A stretch of 64,000 bases of DNA from Eledone cirrhosa (Eukaryota), in assembly GCA_964016885.1 (NCBI GenBank), contig OZ024759.1:9052001-9116000 (forward strand), given 5' to 3'. This document shows, piece after piece, positions 24,201-38,339 of the stretch (positions are counted from its first letter, which is position 1; the number at the start of each line of letters is the position of its first letter). The translations under genes and the position numbers were made by a program. The notes below the pieces were generated by a model that was not told where the DNA came from, made no database searches, and saw only the letters and a list, made by a program, of their open reading frames with translations.

Positions 24201-27200
24201 GTTAGACTGTCAGGTAGAATGTATCAGTTGTTAGACTGTCAGGTAGAATATATCAATTGTTAGACTGTCAGGTAGAATATATCAGTTGTTAGACTGTCAG
24301 GTAGGATGTATCAGTTGTTAGACTGTCAGGTAGAATATATCAGTTGTTAGACTGTCAGGTAGGATATATCAGTTGTTAGACTGTCAGGTAGAATGTATCA
24401 ATTGTTAGACTGTCAGGTAGGATATATCAGTTGTTAGACTGTCAGGTAGAATATATCAGTTGTTAGACTGTCAGGTAGAATATATCAGTTGTTAGACTGT
24501 CAGGTAGAATATATCAGTTGTTAGACTGTCAGGTAGGATATATCAGTTGTTAGACTGTCAGGTAGAATATATCAGTTGTTAGACTGTCAGGTAGGATATA
24601 TCAGTTGTTAGACTGTCAGGTAGGATATATCAGTTGTTAGACTGTCAGGTAGGATGTATCAGTTGTTAGACTGTCAGGTAGGATATATCAGTTGTTAGAC
24701 TGTCAGGTAGAATGTATCAGTTGTTAGACTGTCAGGTAGGATATATCAGTTGTTAGACTGTCAGGTAGGATGTATCAGTTGTTAGACTGTCAGGTAGGAT
24801 ATATCAGTTGTTAGACTGTCAGGTAGGATATATCAGTTGTTAGACTGTCAGGTAGGATATATCAGTTGTTAGACTGTCAGGTAGGATATATCAGTTGTTA
24901 GACTGTCAGGTAGGATATATCAGTTGTTAGACTGTCAGGTAGAATATATCAGTTGTTAGACTGTCAGGTAGGATATATCAGTTGTTAGACTGTCAGGTAG
25001 GATATATCAGTTGTTAGACTGTCAGGTAGGATATATCAGTTGTTAGACTGTCAGGTAGGATATATCAGTTGTTAGACTGTCAGGTAGAATGTATCAGTTG
25101 TTAGACTGTCAGGTAGGATGTATCAGTTGTTAGACTGTCAGGTAGAATGTATCAGTTGTTAGACTGTCAGGTAGGATATATCAGTTGTTAGACTGTCAGG
25201 TAGGATATATCAGTTGTTAGACTGTCAGGTAGGATATATCAGTTGTTAGACTGTCAGGTAGAATATATCAGTTGTTAGACTGTCAGGTAGAATATATCAG
25301 TTGTTAGACTGTCAGGTAGGATGTAGCAGTTGTTAGACTGTCAGGTAGTATGTATCAGTTGTTAGACTGTCAGGTAGAATATATCAGTTGTTAGACTGTC
25401 AGGTAGAATGTATCAGTTGTTAGACTGTCAGGTAGTATGTATCAGTTGTTAGACTGTCAGGTAGAATATATCAGTTGTTAGACTGTCAGGTAGAATGTAT
25501 CAGTTGTTAGACTGTCAGGTAGTATGTATCAGTTGTTAGACTGTCAGGTAGAATATATCAGTTGTTAGACTGTCAGGTAGAATATATCAGTTGTTAGACT
25601 GTCAGGTAGGATATATCAGTTGTTAGACTGTCAGGTAGAATATATCAGTTGTTAGACTGTCAGGTAGAATATATCAGTTGTTAGACTGTCAGGTAGGATA
25701 TATCAGTTGTTAGACTGTCAGGTAGGATATATCAGTTGTTAGACTGTCAGGTAGAATATATCAGTTGTTAGACTGTCAGGTAGAATATATCAGTTGTTAG
25801 ACTGTCAGGTAGAATGTATCAGTTGTTAGACTGTCAGGTAGGATATATCAGTTGTTAGACTGTCAGGTAGAATATATCAGTTGTTAGACTGTCAGGTAGG
25901 ATATATCAGTTGTTAGACTGTCAGGTAGGATATATCAGTTGTTAGACTGTCAGGTAGAATATATCAGTTGTTAGACTGTCAGGTAGAATATATCAGTTGT
26001 TAGACTGTCAGGTAGAATATATCAGTTGTTAGACTGTCAGGTAGGATATATCAGTTGTTAGACTGTCAGGTAGGATATATCAGTTGTTAGACTGTCAGGT
26101 AGAATATATCAGTTGTTAGACTGTCAGGTAGAATATATCAGTTGTTAGACTGTCAGGTAGGATATATCAGTTGTTAGACTGTCAGGTAGAATATATCAGT
26201 TGTTAGACTGTCAGGTAGGATATATCAGTTGTTAGACTGTCAGGTAGGATATATCAGTTATTAGACTGTCAGGTAGAATATATCAGTTGTTAGACTGTCA
26301 GGTAGGATGTATCAGTTGTTAGACTGTCAGGTAGAATGTATCAGTTGTTAGACTGTCAGGTAGGATATATCAGTTGTTAGACTGTCAGGTAGGATGTATC
26401 AGTTGTTAGACTGTCAGGTAGAATATATCAGTTGTTAGACTGTCAGGTAGGATGTATCAGTTGTTAGACTGTCAGGTAGGATATATCAGTTGTTAGACTG
26501 TCAGGTAGGATGTATCAGTTGTTAGACTGTCAGGTAGGATATATCAGTTGTTAGACTGTCAGGTAGGATGTATCAGTTGTTAGACTGTCAGGTAGAATGT
26601 ATCAGTTGTTAGACTGTCAGGTAGGATATATCAGTTGTTAGACTGTCAGGTAGGATATATCAGTTGTTAGACAGTCAGGTAGAATATATCAGTTGTTAGA
26701 CTGTCAGGTAGGATATATCAGTTGTTAGACTGTCAGGTAGGATGTATCAGTTGTTAGACTGTCAGGTAGGATATATCAGTTGTTAGACTGTCAGGTAGGA
26801 TGTATCAGTTGTTAGACTGTCAGGTAGAATATATCAGTTGTTAGACTGTCAGGTAGAATATATCAGTTGTTAGACTGTCAGGTAGAATGTATCAGTTGTT
26901 AGACTGTCAGGTAGGATATATCAGTTGTTAGACTGTCAGGTAGGATATATCAGTTGTTAGACTGTCAGGTAGAATGTATCAGTTGTTAGACTGTCAGGTA
27001 GGATGTATCAGTTGTTAGACTGTCAGGTAGAATATATCAGTTGTTAGACTGTCAGGTAGGATATATCAGTTGTTAGACAGTCAGGTAGGATATATCAGTT
27101 GTTAGACTGTCAGGTAGGATATATCAGTTGTTAGACTGTCAGGTAGAATATATCAGTTGTTAGACTGTCAGGTAGGATATATCAGTTGTTAGACTGTCAG

Positions 27201-30200
27201 GTAGGATATATCAGTTGTTAGACTGTCAGGTAGGATATATCAGTTGTTAGACTGTCAGGTAGGATATATCAGACTGTCAGGTAGAATGTATCAGTTGTTA
27301 GACTGTCAGGTAGGATATATCAGTTGTTAGACTGTCAGGTAGAATATATCAGTTGTTAGACTGTCAGGTAGAATGTATCAGTTGTTAGACTGTCAGGTAG
27401 AATGTATCAGTTGTTAGACTGTCAGGTAGAATATATCAGTTGTTAGACTGTCAGGTAGAATATATCAGTTGTTAGACTGTCAGGTAGGATATATCAGTTG
27501 TTAGACTGTCAGGTAGAATATATCAGTTGTTAGACTGTCAGGTAGGATATATCAGTTGTTAGACTGTCAGGTAGAATATATCAGTTGTTAGACTGTCAGG
27601 TAGAATATATCAGTTGTTAGACTGTCAGGTAGGATATATCAGTTGTTAGACTGTCAGGTAGAATATATCAGTTGTTAGACTGTCAGGTAGAATATATCAG
27701 TTGTTAGACTGTCAGGTAGAATGTATCAGTTGTTAGACTGTCAGGTAGAATGTATCAGTTGTTAGACTGTCAGGTAGAATATATCAGTTGTTAGACTGTC
27801 AGGTAGAATGTATCAGTTGTTAGACTGTCAGGTAGAATGTATCAGTTGTTAGACTGTCAGGTAGAATATATCAGTTGTTAGACTGTCAGGTAGAATATAT
27901 CAGTTGTTAGACTGTCAGGTAGGATATATCAGTTGTTAGACTGTCAGGTAGAATATATCAGTTGTTAGACTGTCAGGTAGAATGTATCAGTTGTTAGACT
28001 GTCAGGTAGAATGTATCAGTTGTTAGACTGTCAGGTAGAATATATCAGTTGTTAGACTGTCAGGTAGAATATATCAGTTGTTAGACTGTCAGGTAGAATA
28101 TATCAGTTGTTAGACTGTCAGGTAGAATGTATCAGTTGTTAGACTGTCAGGTAGAATGTATCAGTTGTTAGACTGTCAGGTAGAATATATCAGTTGTTAG
28201 ACTGTCAGGTAGGATATATCAGTTGTTAGACTGTCAGGTAGAATATATCAGTTGTTAGACTGTCAGGTAGAATATATCAGTTGTTAGACTGTCAGGTAGA
28301 ATGTATCAGTTGTTAGACTGTCAGGTAGAATGTATCAGTTGTTAGACTGTCAGGTAGAATATATCAGTTGTTAGACTGTCAGGTAGAATGTATCAGTTGT
28401 TAGACTGTCAGGTAGAATATATCAGTTGTTAGACTGTCAGGTAGGATATATCAGTTGTTAGACTGTCAGGTAGAATATATCAGTTGTTAGACCGTCAGGT
28501 AGAATATATCAGTTGTTAGACTGTCAGGTAGAATGTATCAGTTGTTAGACTGTCAGGTAGAATGTATCAGTTGTTAGACTGTCAGGTAGAATATATCAGT
28601 TGTTAGACTGTCAGGTAGGATATATCAGTTGTTAGACTGTCAGGTAGAATATATCAGTTGTTAGACTGTCAGGTAGAATATATCAGTTGTTAGACTGTCA
28701 GGTAGGATATATCAGTTGTTAGACTGTCAGGTAGGATGTATCAGTTGTTAGACTGTCAGGTAGAATATATCAGTTGTTAGACTGTCAGGTAGGATATATC
28801 AGTTGTTAGACTGTCAGGTAGGATATATCAGTTGTTAGACTGTCAGGTAGGATATATCAGTTGTTAGACTGTCAGGTAGGATATATCAGTTGTTAGACTG
28901 TCAGGTAGGATATATCAGTTGTTAGACTGTCAGGTAGAATATATCAGTTGTTAGACTGTCAGGTAGGATATATCAGTTGTTAGACTGTCAGGTAGGATAT
29001 ATCAGTTGTTAGACTGTCAGGTAGGATATATCAGTTGTTAGACTGTCAGGTAGAATATATCAGTTGTTAGACTGTCAGGTAGAATATATCAGTTGTTAGA
29101 CTGTCAGGTAGAATATATCAGTTGTTAGACTGTCAGGTAGGATATATCAGTTGTTAGACTGTCAGGTAGAATGTATCAGTTGTTAGACTGTCAGGTAGAA
29201 TATATCAATTGTTAGACTGTCAGGTAGAATATATCAGTTGTTAGACTGTCAGGTAGGATGTATCAGTTGTTAGACTGTCAGGTAGAATATATCAGTTGTT
29301 AGACTGTCAGGTAGGATATATCAGTTGTTAGACTGTCAGGTAGAATGTATCAATTGTTAGACTGTCAGGTAGGATATATCAGTTGTTAGACTGTCAGGTA
29401 GAATATATCAGTTGTTAGACTGTCAGGTAGAATATATCAGTTGTTAGACTGTCAGGTAGAATATATCAGTTGTTAGACTGTCAGGTAGGATATATCAGTT
29501 GTTAGACTGTCAGGTAGAATATATCAGTTGTTAGACTGTCAGGTAGGATATATCAGTTGTTAGACTGTCAGGTAGGATATATCAGTTGTTAGACTGTCAG
29601 GTAGGATGTATCAGTTGTTAGACTGTCAGGTAGGATATATCAGTTGTTAGACTGTCAGGTAGAATGTATCAGTTGTTAGACTGTCAGGTAGGATATATCA
29701 GTTGTTAGACTGTCAGGTAGGATGTATCAGTTGTTAGACTGTCAGGTAGGATATATCAGTTGTTAGACTGTCAGGTAGGATATATCAGTTGTTAGACTGT
29801 CAGGTAGGATATATCAGTTGTTAGACTGTCAGGTAGGATATATCAGTTGTTAGACTGTCAGGTAGGATATATCAGTTGTTAGACTGTCAGGTAGAATATA
29901 TCAGTTGTTAGACTGTCAGGTAGGATATATCAGTTGTTAGACTGTCAGGTAGGATATATCAGTTGTTAGACTGTCAGGTAGGATATATCAGTTGTTAGAC
30001 TGTCAGGTAGGATATATCAGTTGTTAGACTGTCAGGTAGAATGTATCAGTTGTTAGACTGTCAGGTAGGATGTATCAGTTGTTAGACTGTCAGGTAGAAT
30101 GTATCAGTTGTTAGACTGTCAGGTAGGATATATCAGTTGTTAGACTGTCAGGTAGGATATATCAGTTGTTAGACTGTCAGGTAGGATATATCAGTTGTTA

Positions 30201-33200
30201 GACTGTCAGGTAGAATATATCAGTTGTTAGACTGTCAGGTAGAATATATCAGTTGTTAGACTGTCAGGTAGGATGTAGCAGTTGTTAGACTGTCAGGTAG
30301 TATGTATCAGTTGTTAGACTGTCAGGTAGAATATATCAGTTGTTAGACTGTCAGGTAGAATGTATCAGTTGTTAGACTGTCAGGTAGTATGTATCAGTTG
30401 TTAGACTGTCAGGTAGAATATATCAGTTGTTAGACTGTCAGGTAGAATATATCAGTTGTTAGACTGTCAGGTAGGATATATCAGTTGTTAGACTGTCAGG
30501 TAGAATATATCAGTTGTTAGACTGTCAGGTAGAATATATCAGTTGTTAGACTGTCAGGTAGGATATATCAGTTGTTAGACTGTCAGGTAGGATATATCAG
30601 TTGTTAGACTGTCAGGTAGAATATATCAGTTGTTAGACTGTCAGGTAGAATGTATCAGTTGTTAGACTGTCAGGTAGAATGTATCAGTTGTTAGACTGTC
30701 AGGTAGAATATATCAGTTGTTAGACTGTCAGGTAGAATGTATCAGTTGTTAGACTGTCAGGTAGGATATATCAGTTGTTAGACTGTCAGGTAGAATATAT
30801 CAGTTGTTAGACTGTCAGGTAGGATATATCAGTTGTTAGACTGTCAGGTAGGATATATCAGTTGTTAGACTGTCAGGTAGAATATATCAGTTGTTAGACT
30901 GTCAGGTAGAATATATCAGTTGTTAGACTGTTAGGTAGAATATATCAGTTGTTAGACTGTCAGGTAGGATATATCAGTTGTTAGACTGTCAGGTAGGATA
31001 TATCAGTTGTTAGACTGTCAGGTAGAATATATCAGTTGTTAGACTGTCAGGTAGAATATATCAGTTGTTAGACTGTCAGGTAGGATATATCAGTTGTTAG
31101 ACTGTCAGGTAGGATATATCAGTTGTTAGACTGTCAGGTAGAATGTATCAGTTGTTAGACTGTCAGGTAGGATATATCAGTTGTTAGACTGTCAGGTAGA
31201 ATGTATCAGTTGTTAGACTGTCAGGTAGGATATATCAGTTGTTAGACTGTCAGGTAGAATATATCAGTTGTTAGACTGTCAGGTAGGATATATCAGTTGT
31301 TAGACTGTCAGGTAGAATATATCAGTTGTTAGACTGTCAGGTAGGATATATCAGTTGTTAGACTGTCAGGTAGGATATATCAGTTGTTAGACTGTCAGGT
31401 AGAATATATCAGTTGTTAGACTGTCAGGTAGAATATATCAGTTGTTAGACTGTCAGGTAGGATATATCAGTTGTTAGACTGTCAGGTAGGATATATCAGT
31501 TGTTAGACTGTCAGGTAGAATGTATCAGTTGTTAGACTGTCAGGTAGGATATATCAGTTGTTAGACTGTCAGGTAGAATGTATCAGTTGTTAGACTGTCA
31601 GGTAGGATATATCAGTTGTTAGACTGTCAGGTAGAATATATCAGTTGTTAGACTGTCAGGTAGGATATATCAGTTGTTAGACTGTCAGGTAGAATATATC
31701 AGTTGTTAGACTGTCAGGTAGGATATATCAGTTGTTAGACTGTCAGGTAGTATGTATCAGTTGTTAGACTGTCAGGTAGAATGTATCAGTTGTTAGACTG
31801 TCAGGTAGGATATATCAGTTGTTAGACTGTCAGGTAGAATGTATCAGTTGTTAGACTGTCAGGTAGGATATATCAGTTGTTAGACTGTCAGGTAGAATGT
31901 ATCAGTTGTTAGACTGTCAGGTAGGATATATCAGTTGTTAGACTGTCAGGTAGAATATATCAGTTGTTAGACTGTCAGGTAGGATATATCAGTTGTTAGA
32001 CTGTCAGGTAGAATGTATCAGTTGTTAGACTGTCAGGTAGGATATATCAGTTGTTAGACTGTCAGGTAGGATATATCAGTTGTTAGACTGTCAGGTAGGA
32101 TATATCAGTTGTTAGACTGTCAGGTAGGATATATCAGTTGTTAGACTGTCAGGTAGAATATATCAGTTGTTAGACTGTCAGGTAGGATATATCAGTTGTT
32201 AGACTGTCAGGTAGGATATATCAGTTGTTAGACTGTCAGGTAGAATATATCAGTTGTTAGATTGTCAGGTAGGATATATCAGTTGTTAGACTGTCAGGTA
32301 GGATATATCAGTTGTTAGACTGTCAGGTAGAATGTATCAGTTGTTAGACTGTCAGGTAGGATATATCAGTTGTTAGACTGTCAGGTAGAATATATCAGTT
32401 GTTAGATTGTCAGGTAGGATATATCAGTTGTTAGACTGTCAGGTAGGATATATCAGTTGTTAGACTGTCAGGTAGAATGTATCAGTTGTTAGACTGTCAG
32501 GTAGGATATATCAGTTGTTAGACTGTCAGGTAGAATATATCAGTTGTTAGACTGTCAGGTAGGATATATCAGTTGTTAGACTGTCAGGTAGAATATATCA
32601 GTTGTTAGACTGTCAGGTAGGATGTATCAGTTGTTAGACTGTCAGGTAGAATGTATCAGTTGTTAGACTGTCAGGTAGGATATATCAGTTGTTAGACTGT
32701 CAGGTAGAATATATCAGTTGTTAGACTGTCAGGTAGGATATATCAGTTGTTAGACTGTCAGGTAGGATGTATCAGTTGTTAGACTGTCAGGTAGGATATA
32801 TCAGTTGTTAGACTGTCAGGTAGAATATATCAGTTGTTAGACTGTCAGGTAGAATATATCAGTTGTTAGACTGTCAGGTAGGATGTATCAGTTGTTAGAC
32901 TGTCAGGTAGGATATATCAGTTGTTAGACTGTCAGGTAGAATATATCAGTTGTTAGACTGTCAGGTAGAATATATCAGTTGTTAGACTGTCAGGTAGGAT
33001 ATATCAGTTGTTAGACTGTCAGGTAGAATATATCAGTTGTTAGACTGTCAGGTAGAATATATCAGTTGTTAGACTGTCAGGTAGGATATATCAGTTGTTA
33101 GACTGTCAGGTAGAATATATCAGTTGTTAGACTGTCAGGTAGAATATATCAGTTGTTAGACTGTCAGGTAGGATGTATCAGTTGTTAGACTGTCAGGTAG

Positions 33201-34131
33201 AATATATCAGTTGTTAGACTGTCAGGTAGAATATATCAGTTGTTAGACTGTCAGGTAGAATATATCAGTTGTTAGACTGTCAGGTAGAATATATCAGTTG
33301 TTAGACTGTCAGGTAGAATATATCAGTTGTTAGACTGTCAGGTAGGATGTATCAGTTGTTAGACTGTCAGGTAGAATATATCAGTTGTTAGACTGTCAGG
33401 TAGAATATATCAGTTGTTAGACTGTCAGGTAGAATATATCAGTTGTTAGACTGTCAGGTAGAATATATCAGTTGTTAGACTGTCAGGTAGGATGTATCAG
33501 TTGTTAGACTGTCAGGTAGAATATATCAGTTGTTAGACTGTCAGGTAGAATATATCAGTTGTTAGACTGTCAGGTAGAATATATCAGTTGTTAGACTGTC
33601 AGGTAGGATATATCAGTTGTTAGACTGTCAGGTAGAATATATCAGTTGTTAGACTGTCAGGTAGAATATATCAGTTGTTAGACTGTCAGGTAGGATATAT
33701 CAGTTGTTAGACTGTCAGGTAGAATATATCAGTTGTTAGACTGTCAGGTAGAATATATCAGTTGTTAGACTGTCAGGTAGAATATATCAGTTGTTAGACT
33801 GTCAGGTAGGATATATCAGTTGTTAGACTGTCAGGTAGGATATATCAGTTGTTAGACCGTCAGGTAGAATATATCAGTTGTTAGACTGTCAGGTAGAATA
33901 TATCAGTTGTTAGACTGTCAGGTAGGATATATCAGTTGTTAGACTGTCAGGTAGAATATATCAGTTGTTAGACTGTCAGGTAGAATATATCAGTTGTTAG
34001 ACTGTCAGGTAGAATATATCAGTTGTTAGACTGTCAGGTAGGATATATCAGTTGTTAGACTGTCAGGTAGGATATATCAGTTGTTAGACCGTCAGGTAGG
34101 ATATATCAGTTGTTAGACTGTCAGGTAGAAT
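21201..34131. repeat. 29-bp minisatellite array, ~12.9 kb, ~445 units
   Basis: Unit ctgtcaggtagRatRtatcagttgttaga. Confidence 0.98.
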
Positions 34132-34366
34132 GCCTTGCAGTATTTAGTCCAACACTCTGATATCTGATTTTCAAATCCCCACAATATCTACTTTGCCTTT
34201 TATAATTTTGAATAAAAAGAAGTACCAGTCAAATACTGGGGCTTATTCTTCTATATCTCTTCTATATCTCAATTTCTTCACTATCATCTTTTTCTCCTTC
34301 ACAGGAAAAAAAAATGGCTTTCTTAAGACCTGGACAGGGGATGGGCTCCATAAGCTTTAAAATGGG

Positions 34367-34407
<41 letters not shown>

Positions 34408-34409
34408 TT

Positions 34410-34628
34410 TTCGATCGACTTTCGTCAAATCGGACCGAGGGAACAATGTTTCCGTTGGTCTTTCCAATTGCTAATACTATCTATCGGTCGCAACTCCAGG
34501 TAGAAGGAGCAACGTGAAATAAAGTGTCTTGCTCAAGGACATAACGCATCACCTGGTCCAGGAATCGAACTCACAACCTTACGATTCCGAATCCAATTCC
34601 CTAACCACTCAGCCACATGCCTTCACTT
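34410..34628 (-). mobile_element. Related tRNA/CORE-head SINE with a different 3' body
   Basis: Reverse complement of 54089-54306; A and B boxes present. Confidence 0.75.
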
Positions 34629-34649
34629 ATATATATACATACATATATA

Positions 34650-36160
34650 GAAACAGTCAGCAAGGTTAGAATTAACAACGAATATAGTGAAGAGTTTAGC
34701 GTAAAAGTTGGCGTCCATCAGGGCTCTGTTCTCAGCCCACTACTATTTATTATTGCCCTTCAGGCTATAACAGAGGAGTTCAAGACAGGCTGCCCATGGG
34801 AACTCCTATACGCAGACGACCTGACACTCATAGCGGAATCAATGGCCGAGCTAGAGAAGAAATTCCAAACATGGAAGCACGGCCTAGAGTCAAAAGGACT
34901 TAAAATTAACCTGGCTAAGACCAAAGTACTAGTTTGTAGGAAAGAAAACAAGGCGGCGGTCCCTTCTGGGAAATGGTCGTGCTCGGTGTGTAGGAAAGGC
35001 GTAGGTAGAAACTCCATTTTATGTCCTAAATGCAAAGTATGGGTGCATAAAAGATGTAGTGGGATCACAGGTAAGCTAACTAAGAACATAGATTTTACAT
35101 GTGGCCGGTGCTCTGGTGCAATAAGTAGCAGCAAGTGCCCACAAACTACTAGCTCTTTCAATTGCGCAGAGGGTTCTATAGAAATAGTGGACAGCTTCCG
35201 TTACCTGGGCGATAAAATCAGCAGTGGGGGAGGGTGCTCTGAAAGTACTGTAGCTAGAGTCAGAACTGGTTGGAAAAAGTTCAGAGAGCTTATACCACTA
35301 TTAGCTGCTAAAGGGTTCTCACTAAAAATGAAAGGCAGGTTGTACGATGCCTGCATACGAACAGCAATGCTGCATGGCAGTGAGACCTGGGCATTGTGTG
35401 CAGAGGATATACGCAGACTAGAGAGGAACGAAGCTTGCATGCTCCGCTGGATGTGTAACAGTAATATACGTGAACGGCAAAGCATAAACGAACTAAGGAA
35501 AAAATTAGAGATAAGAGGGATCAGATGTTGTTTACTCGAGAGAAGGCTACGTTGGTATGGACACGTGATGCGCATGAAAGTCGATAGCTGTATAACAAAG
35601 TGCAGGGCAATAAAGATAGACGGTAGTCACGGAATAGGCAGACCTAGAAAAACCTGGGACGAGCTGATAAACTCCGACATCACACACTTACACCTCTCCA
35701 AGACAATGTCACTGGACCGAGACCTTTGGCGGTACTCAGTAACAGAGAAGACCCGCCTTACCTAAATATATAGTAAAACCTACTCCAGCCAGTAGGCATC
35801 TCTAACAAAATACACCCCGTCCCACCACCACCACCCCCACCCGATCCACACCACCCCGTTCTATGTAAAGTTATGTTGGTGCCGCGCCATCGAGGCCGAA
35901 ACAAATGAGATCGTGTAGGTGTCACGACAAAAAAACACACAGTCCACGCTGTAATGTGGCCGTGTAGGCAACACGGTAAAAACCTCCCAGACCCACACTG
36001 TAAATGTGGTTGGTGTTAGGAAGGGCATCCAACTGTAGAAAACCTGCCAGACAGTCCTATGCGAGCAAGACAATCACTCTTGCCTCAAGTGGGACTACCC
36101 CCGTCCAAACCCATGCAAGCGTGGAACACGGACGTTAAACGTTGATGATGATGATGATGA
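34650..36160 (+). mobile_element. RTE LINE 3' half, ORF intact over 370 aa, with PHD-like Cys/His insert
   Basis: GVHQGSVLSP, YADD, FRYLG, RRLRWYGH; 3' UTR and (GAT)n tail. Confidence 0.93.
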
Positions 36161-36379
36161 TATATATATATATATATATGTAGGAGGTGAGTTTTATTGT
36201 AGCACAATAAAGCAATGCAAATATCGGATAAGTAGCACTCAACAGTTTATAGGACTGGAGTATAAATAATATAAAATCAACAGATGGTTAAAAGAGTTCC
36301 ATGTATTTTATTATGCGCCTTTCAAAATTTAACACTTCACTGCTCGCAAGTGTTTTTTAAGCTTCATATCATGTCTCCC

Positions 36380-36450
36380 TATTTTATCTGATGAGAACGC
36401 AAATATCATGCCATGATGATATTTGTTTTTGAAATGCGCATAATAAAATA
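36380..36450 (+). ncRNA. Minimal hammerhead ribozyme
   Basis: tattttat-CTGATGA-gaacgcaaatatcat...atgatatttgttttt-GAAA-t(gcgc)a-TA-ataaaata; perfect 8-bp helix I. Confidence 0.85.
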
Positions 36451-36480
36451 CATGGAACTCTTTTAACCATCTTTTGATTT

Positions 36481-36515
<35 letters not shown>

Positions 36516-36518
<3 letters not shown>

Positions 36519-36893
36519 TCATCATCATCATCAACGTTTAACGTCCGTGTTCCACGTTTGCATGGGTTTGGACGGGTGTTTTCCCACTTGAGGCAAGAGT
36601 GATTATCTTGCTCGCATAGGACTGTCTGGCGGGTTTTCTACAGCTGGATGCCCTTCCTAACACCAACCACATTTACAGTGTGGGTCTGGGAGGTTTTTAC
36701 CGTGTTGCCTACACGGCCACATTACAGCGTGGACTGTGTGTTTTTTTTGACGTGACACCTACACGACCTCATTTGTTTCGGCCTCGATGTTGTGGGACCA
36801 ACATAACTTTACATTGAAAGGGGTGTGGATGGGGTGGGGTGGGTGGGACGGGGGTGTATTTTGTTAGAGATGCCTACTGACTGTAGTAGGTTT
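36516..36893 (-). mobile_element. RTE 3' UTR copy, inverted relative to 35772-36160
   Basis: Reverse complement of the neighbouring LINE 3' UTR; (CAT)n tail. Confidence 0.88.
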
Positions 36894-36911
36894 TTTATAT
36901 ACATTATATAC

Positions 36912-36946
<35 letters not shown>

Positions 36947-36959
36947 ACTTCCTTTTCAG

Positions 36960-37211
36960 CTGGTGATTTGTACACTACCAACAGTCTTGACTATGAAACT
37001 AATCCTACGTACAATGTGGAAGTGATGGCATTTGATGTGGGCGAACCTCAGCAGAATTCCACCAACTCAATAACTATTAATGTCGTAGACGTTTGTGATG
37101 ACCACTTCCAACTAATGCCTGCATTCTATGTTGCTAATAACTTCCCTGTTGACCGTACAATGTTCTCTTTGACCAGTTCCACAGACCCAACTAACTTCAG
37201 CCTAAAAGATG
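36960..37211 (+). CDS. Cadherin exon G (GDLYTTNSLDYE...AFDVGEP...SLKD)
   Basis: ttttcag|CT ... G|gtaagt. LDYE and AxDxGxP motifs. Phase 1/1. Confidence 0.92.
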
Positions 37212-37243
37212 GTAAGTCAAGCTTTATAGATTATCATCCTCTT

Positions 37244-37521
37244 CACCACCACCACCACCACCACTATCATCATCACCACCACTACCACCACCACACCACC
37301 ACCACACCACCACCACACCACCACCACAACACCACCACCACAACACCACCACACCAACACCACCACACCACCACCACCACACCACCACCACCACCACCAC
37401 CACACCACCACCACACCACCACCACCACCACACCACCACCACCACCACACCACACCACCACCACAACACCACCACCACCACCACCACACCACCACACCAC
37501 CATCACACCACTACCACCACC
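37244..37521. repeat. (CAC)n microsatellite
   Basis: Direct inspection. Confidence 0.9.
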
Positions 37522-37853
37522 GCTGGTCAATCAATGATAAACATTTCTTGCCAGATAAATTAACTATGGAGATATAAAAGATACAGAAGCAAAAACCAAC
37601 CCAAACCAAACAATGAGGTTGTTTTATTATTATTTCTGGAAATATTATAACAATATGACCCTCCCCAAATATAACAACATACATATATATTTATATATAT
37701 ATATAGATTTTGAGTTTATGTTGGTTGTATACCAACACCTCAGTATGCAGGCTGGAGCACTCGACGAAGTGCGCAGGTTGGTTTGGTTACTCCGGAGTAG
37801 TGTAAAATAAAGTTAAATAAAAGTCAAATGATTAAAATTTAGCTTCGTTTATT

Positions 37854-37908
37854 ACTGCTATATATATTTCAGTGACAGCCATCTTTGGCTGTGGCCTCTT
37901 CAGGCAGT
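37854..37908 (-). ncRNA. Minimal hammerhead ribozyme (left arm of fold-back)
   Basis: Reverse complement of 38241-38295. Confidence 0.8.
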
Positions 37909-38240
37909 TTGAATTAGTATGGTATAGACAAGTACATATGTTGTTTAGGTGTATGATATTGTCAATACTCTGATATGCCCAGTTCCTTGTCGGGTTGTTA
38001 TTTCACTGAGGAACTGGAGTCATATGAATTCAAACAAACGAATTTTCGTGTCACAGGTCCCCTTCTCCTCTCATTGGTCAGTTGAAGAGGACCTGTGACA
38101 CGAAAATTCGTTTGTTTGAATTCATATGACTCCAGTTCCCCAGTGAAATAACAACCCGACAAGGAACTGGGCATATCAGAGTATTGACAATATCATACAC
38201 CTAAACAACATATGTACTTGTCTATACCATACTAATTCAA

Positions 38241-38295
38241 ACTGCCTGAAGAGGTCACAGCCAAAGATGGCTGTCACTGAAATATATATAGCAGT
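38241..38295 (+). ncRNA. Minimal hammerhead ribozyme
   Basis: actgc-CTGAAGA-ggtcacagcca(aaga)tggctgtcact-GAAA-t(atat)a-TA-gcagt. Confidence 0.85.
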
Positions 38296-38339
38296 AATAA
38301 ACGAAGCTAAATTTTAATCATTTGACTTTTATTTAACTT

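Noticed and set aside
21201-34131. CRISPR-like array (29-bp repeats)
   Set aside because: No unique spacers, no cas genes, eukaryotic intron context.
34280-34370. Strong acceptor-like site (ttctccttcacag) followed by a short ORF
   Set aside because: No cadherin-like peptide; exons F and G already join in phase (FTIDPT|TGDL).
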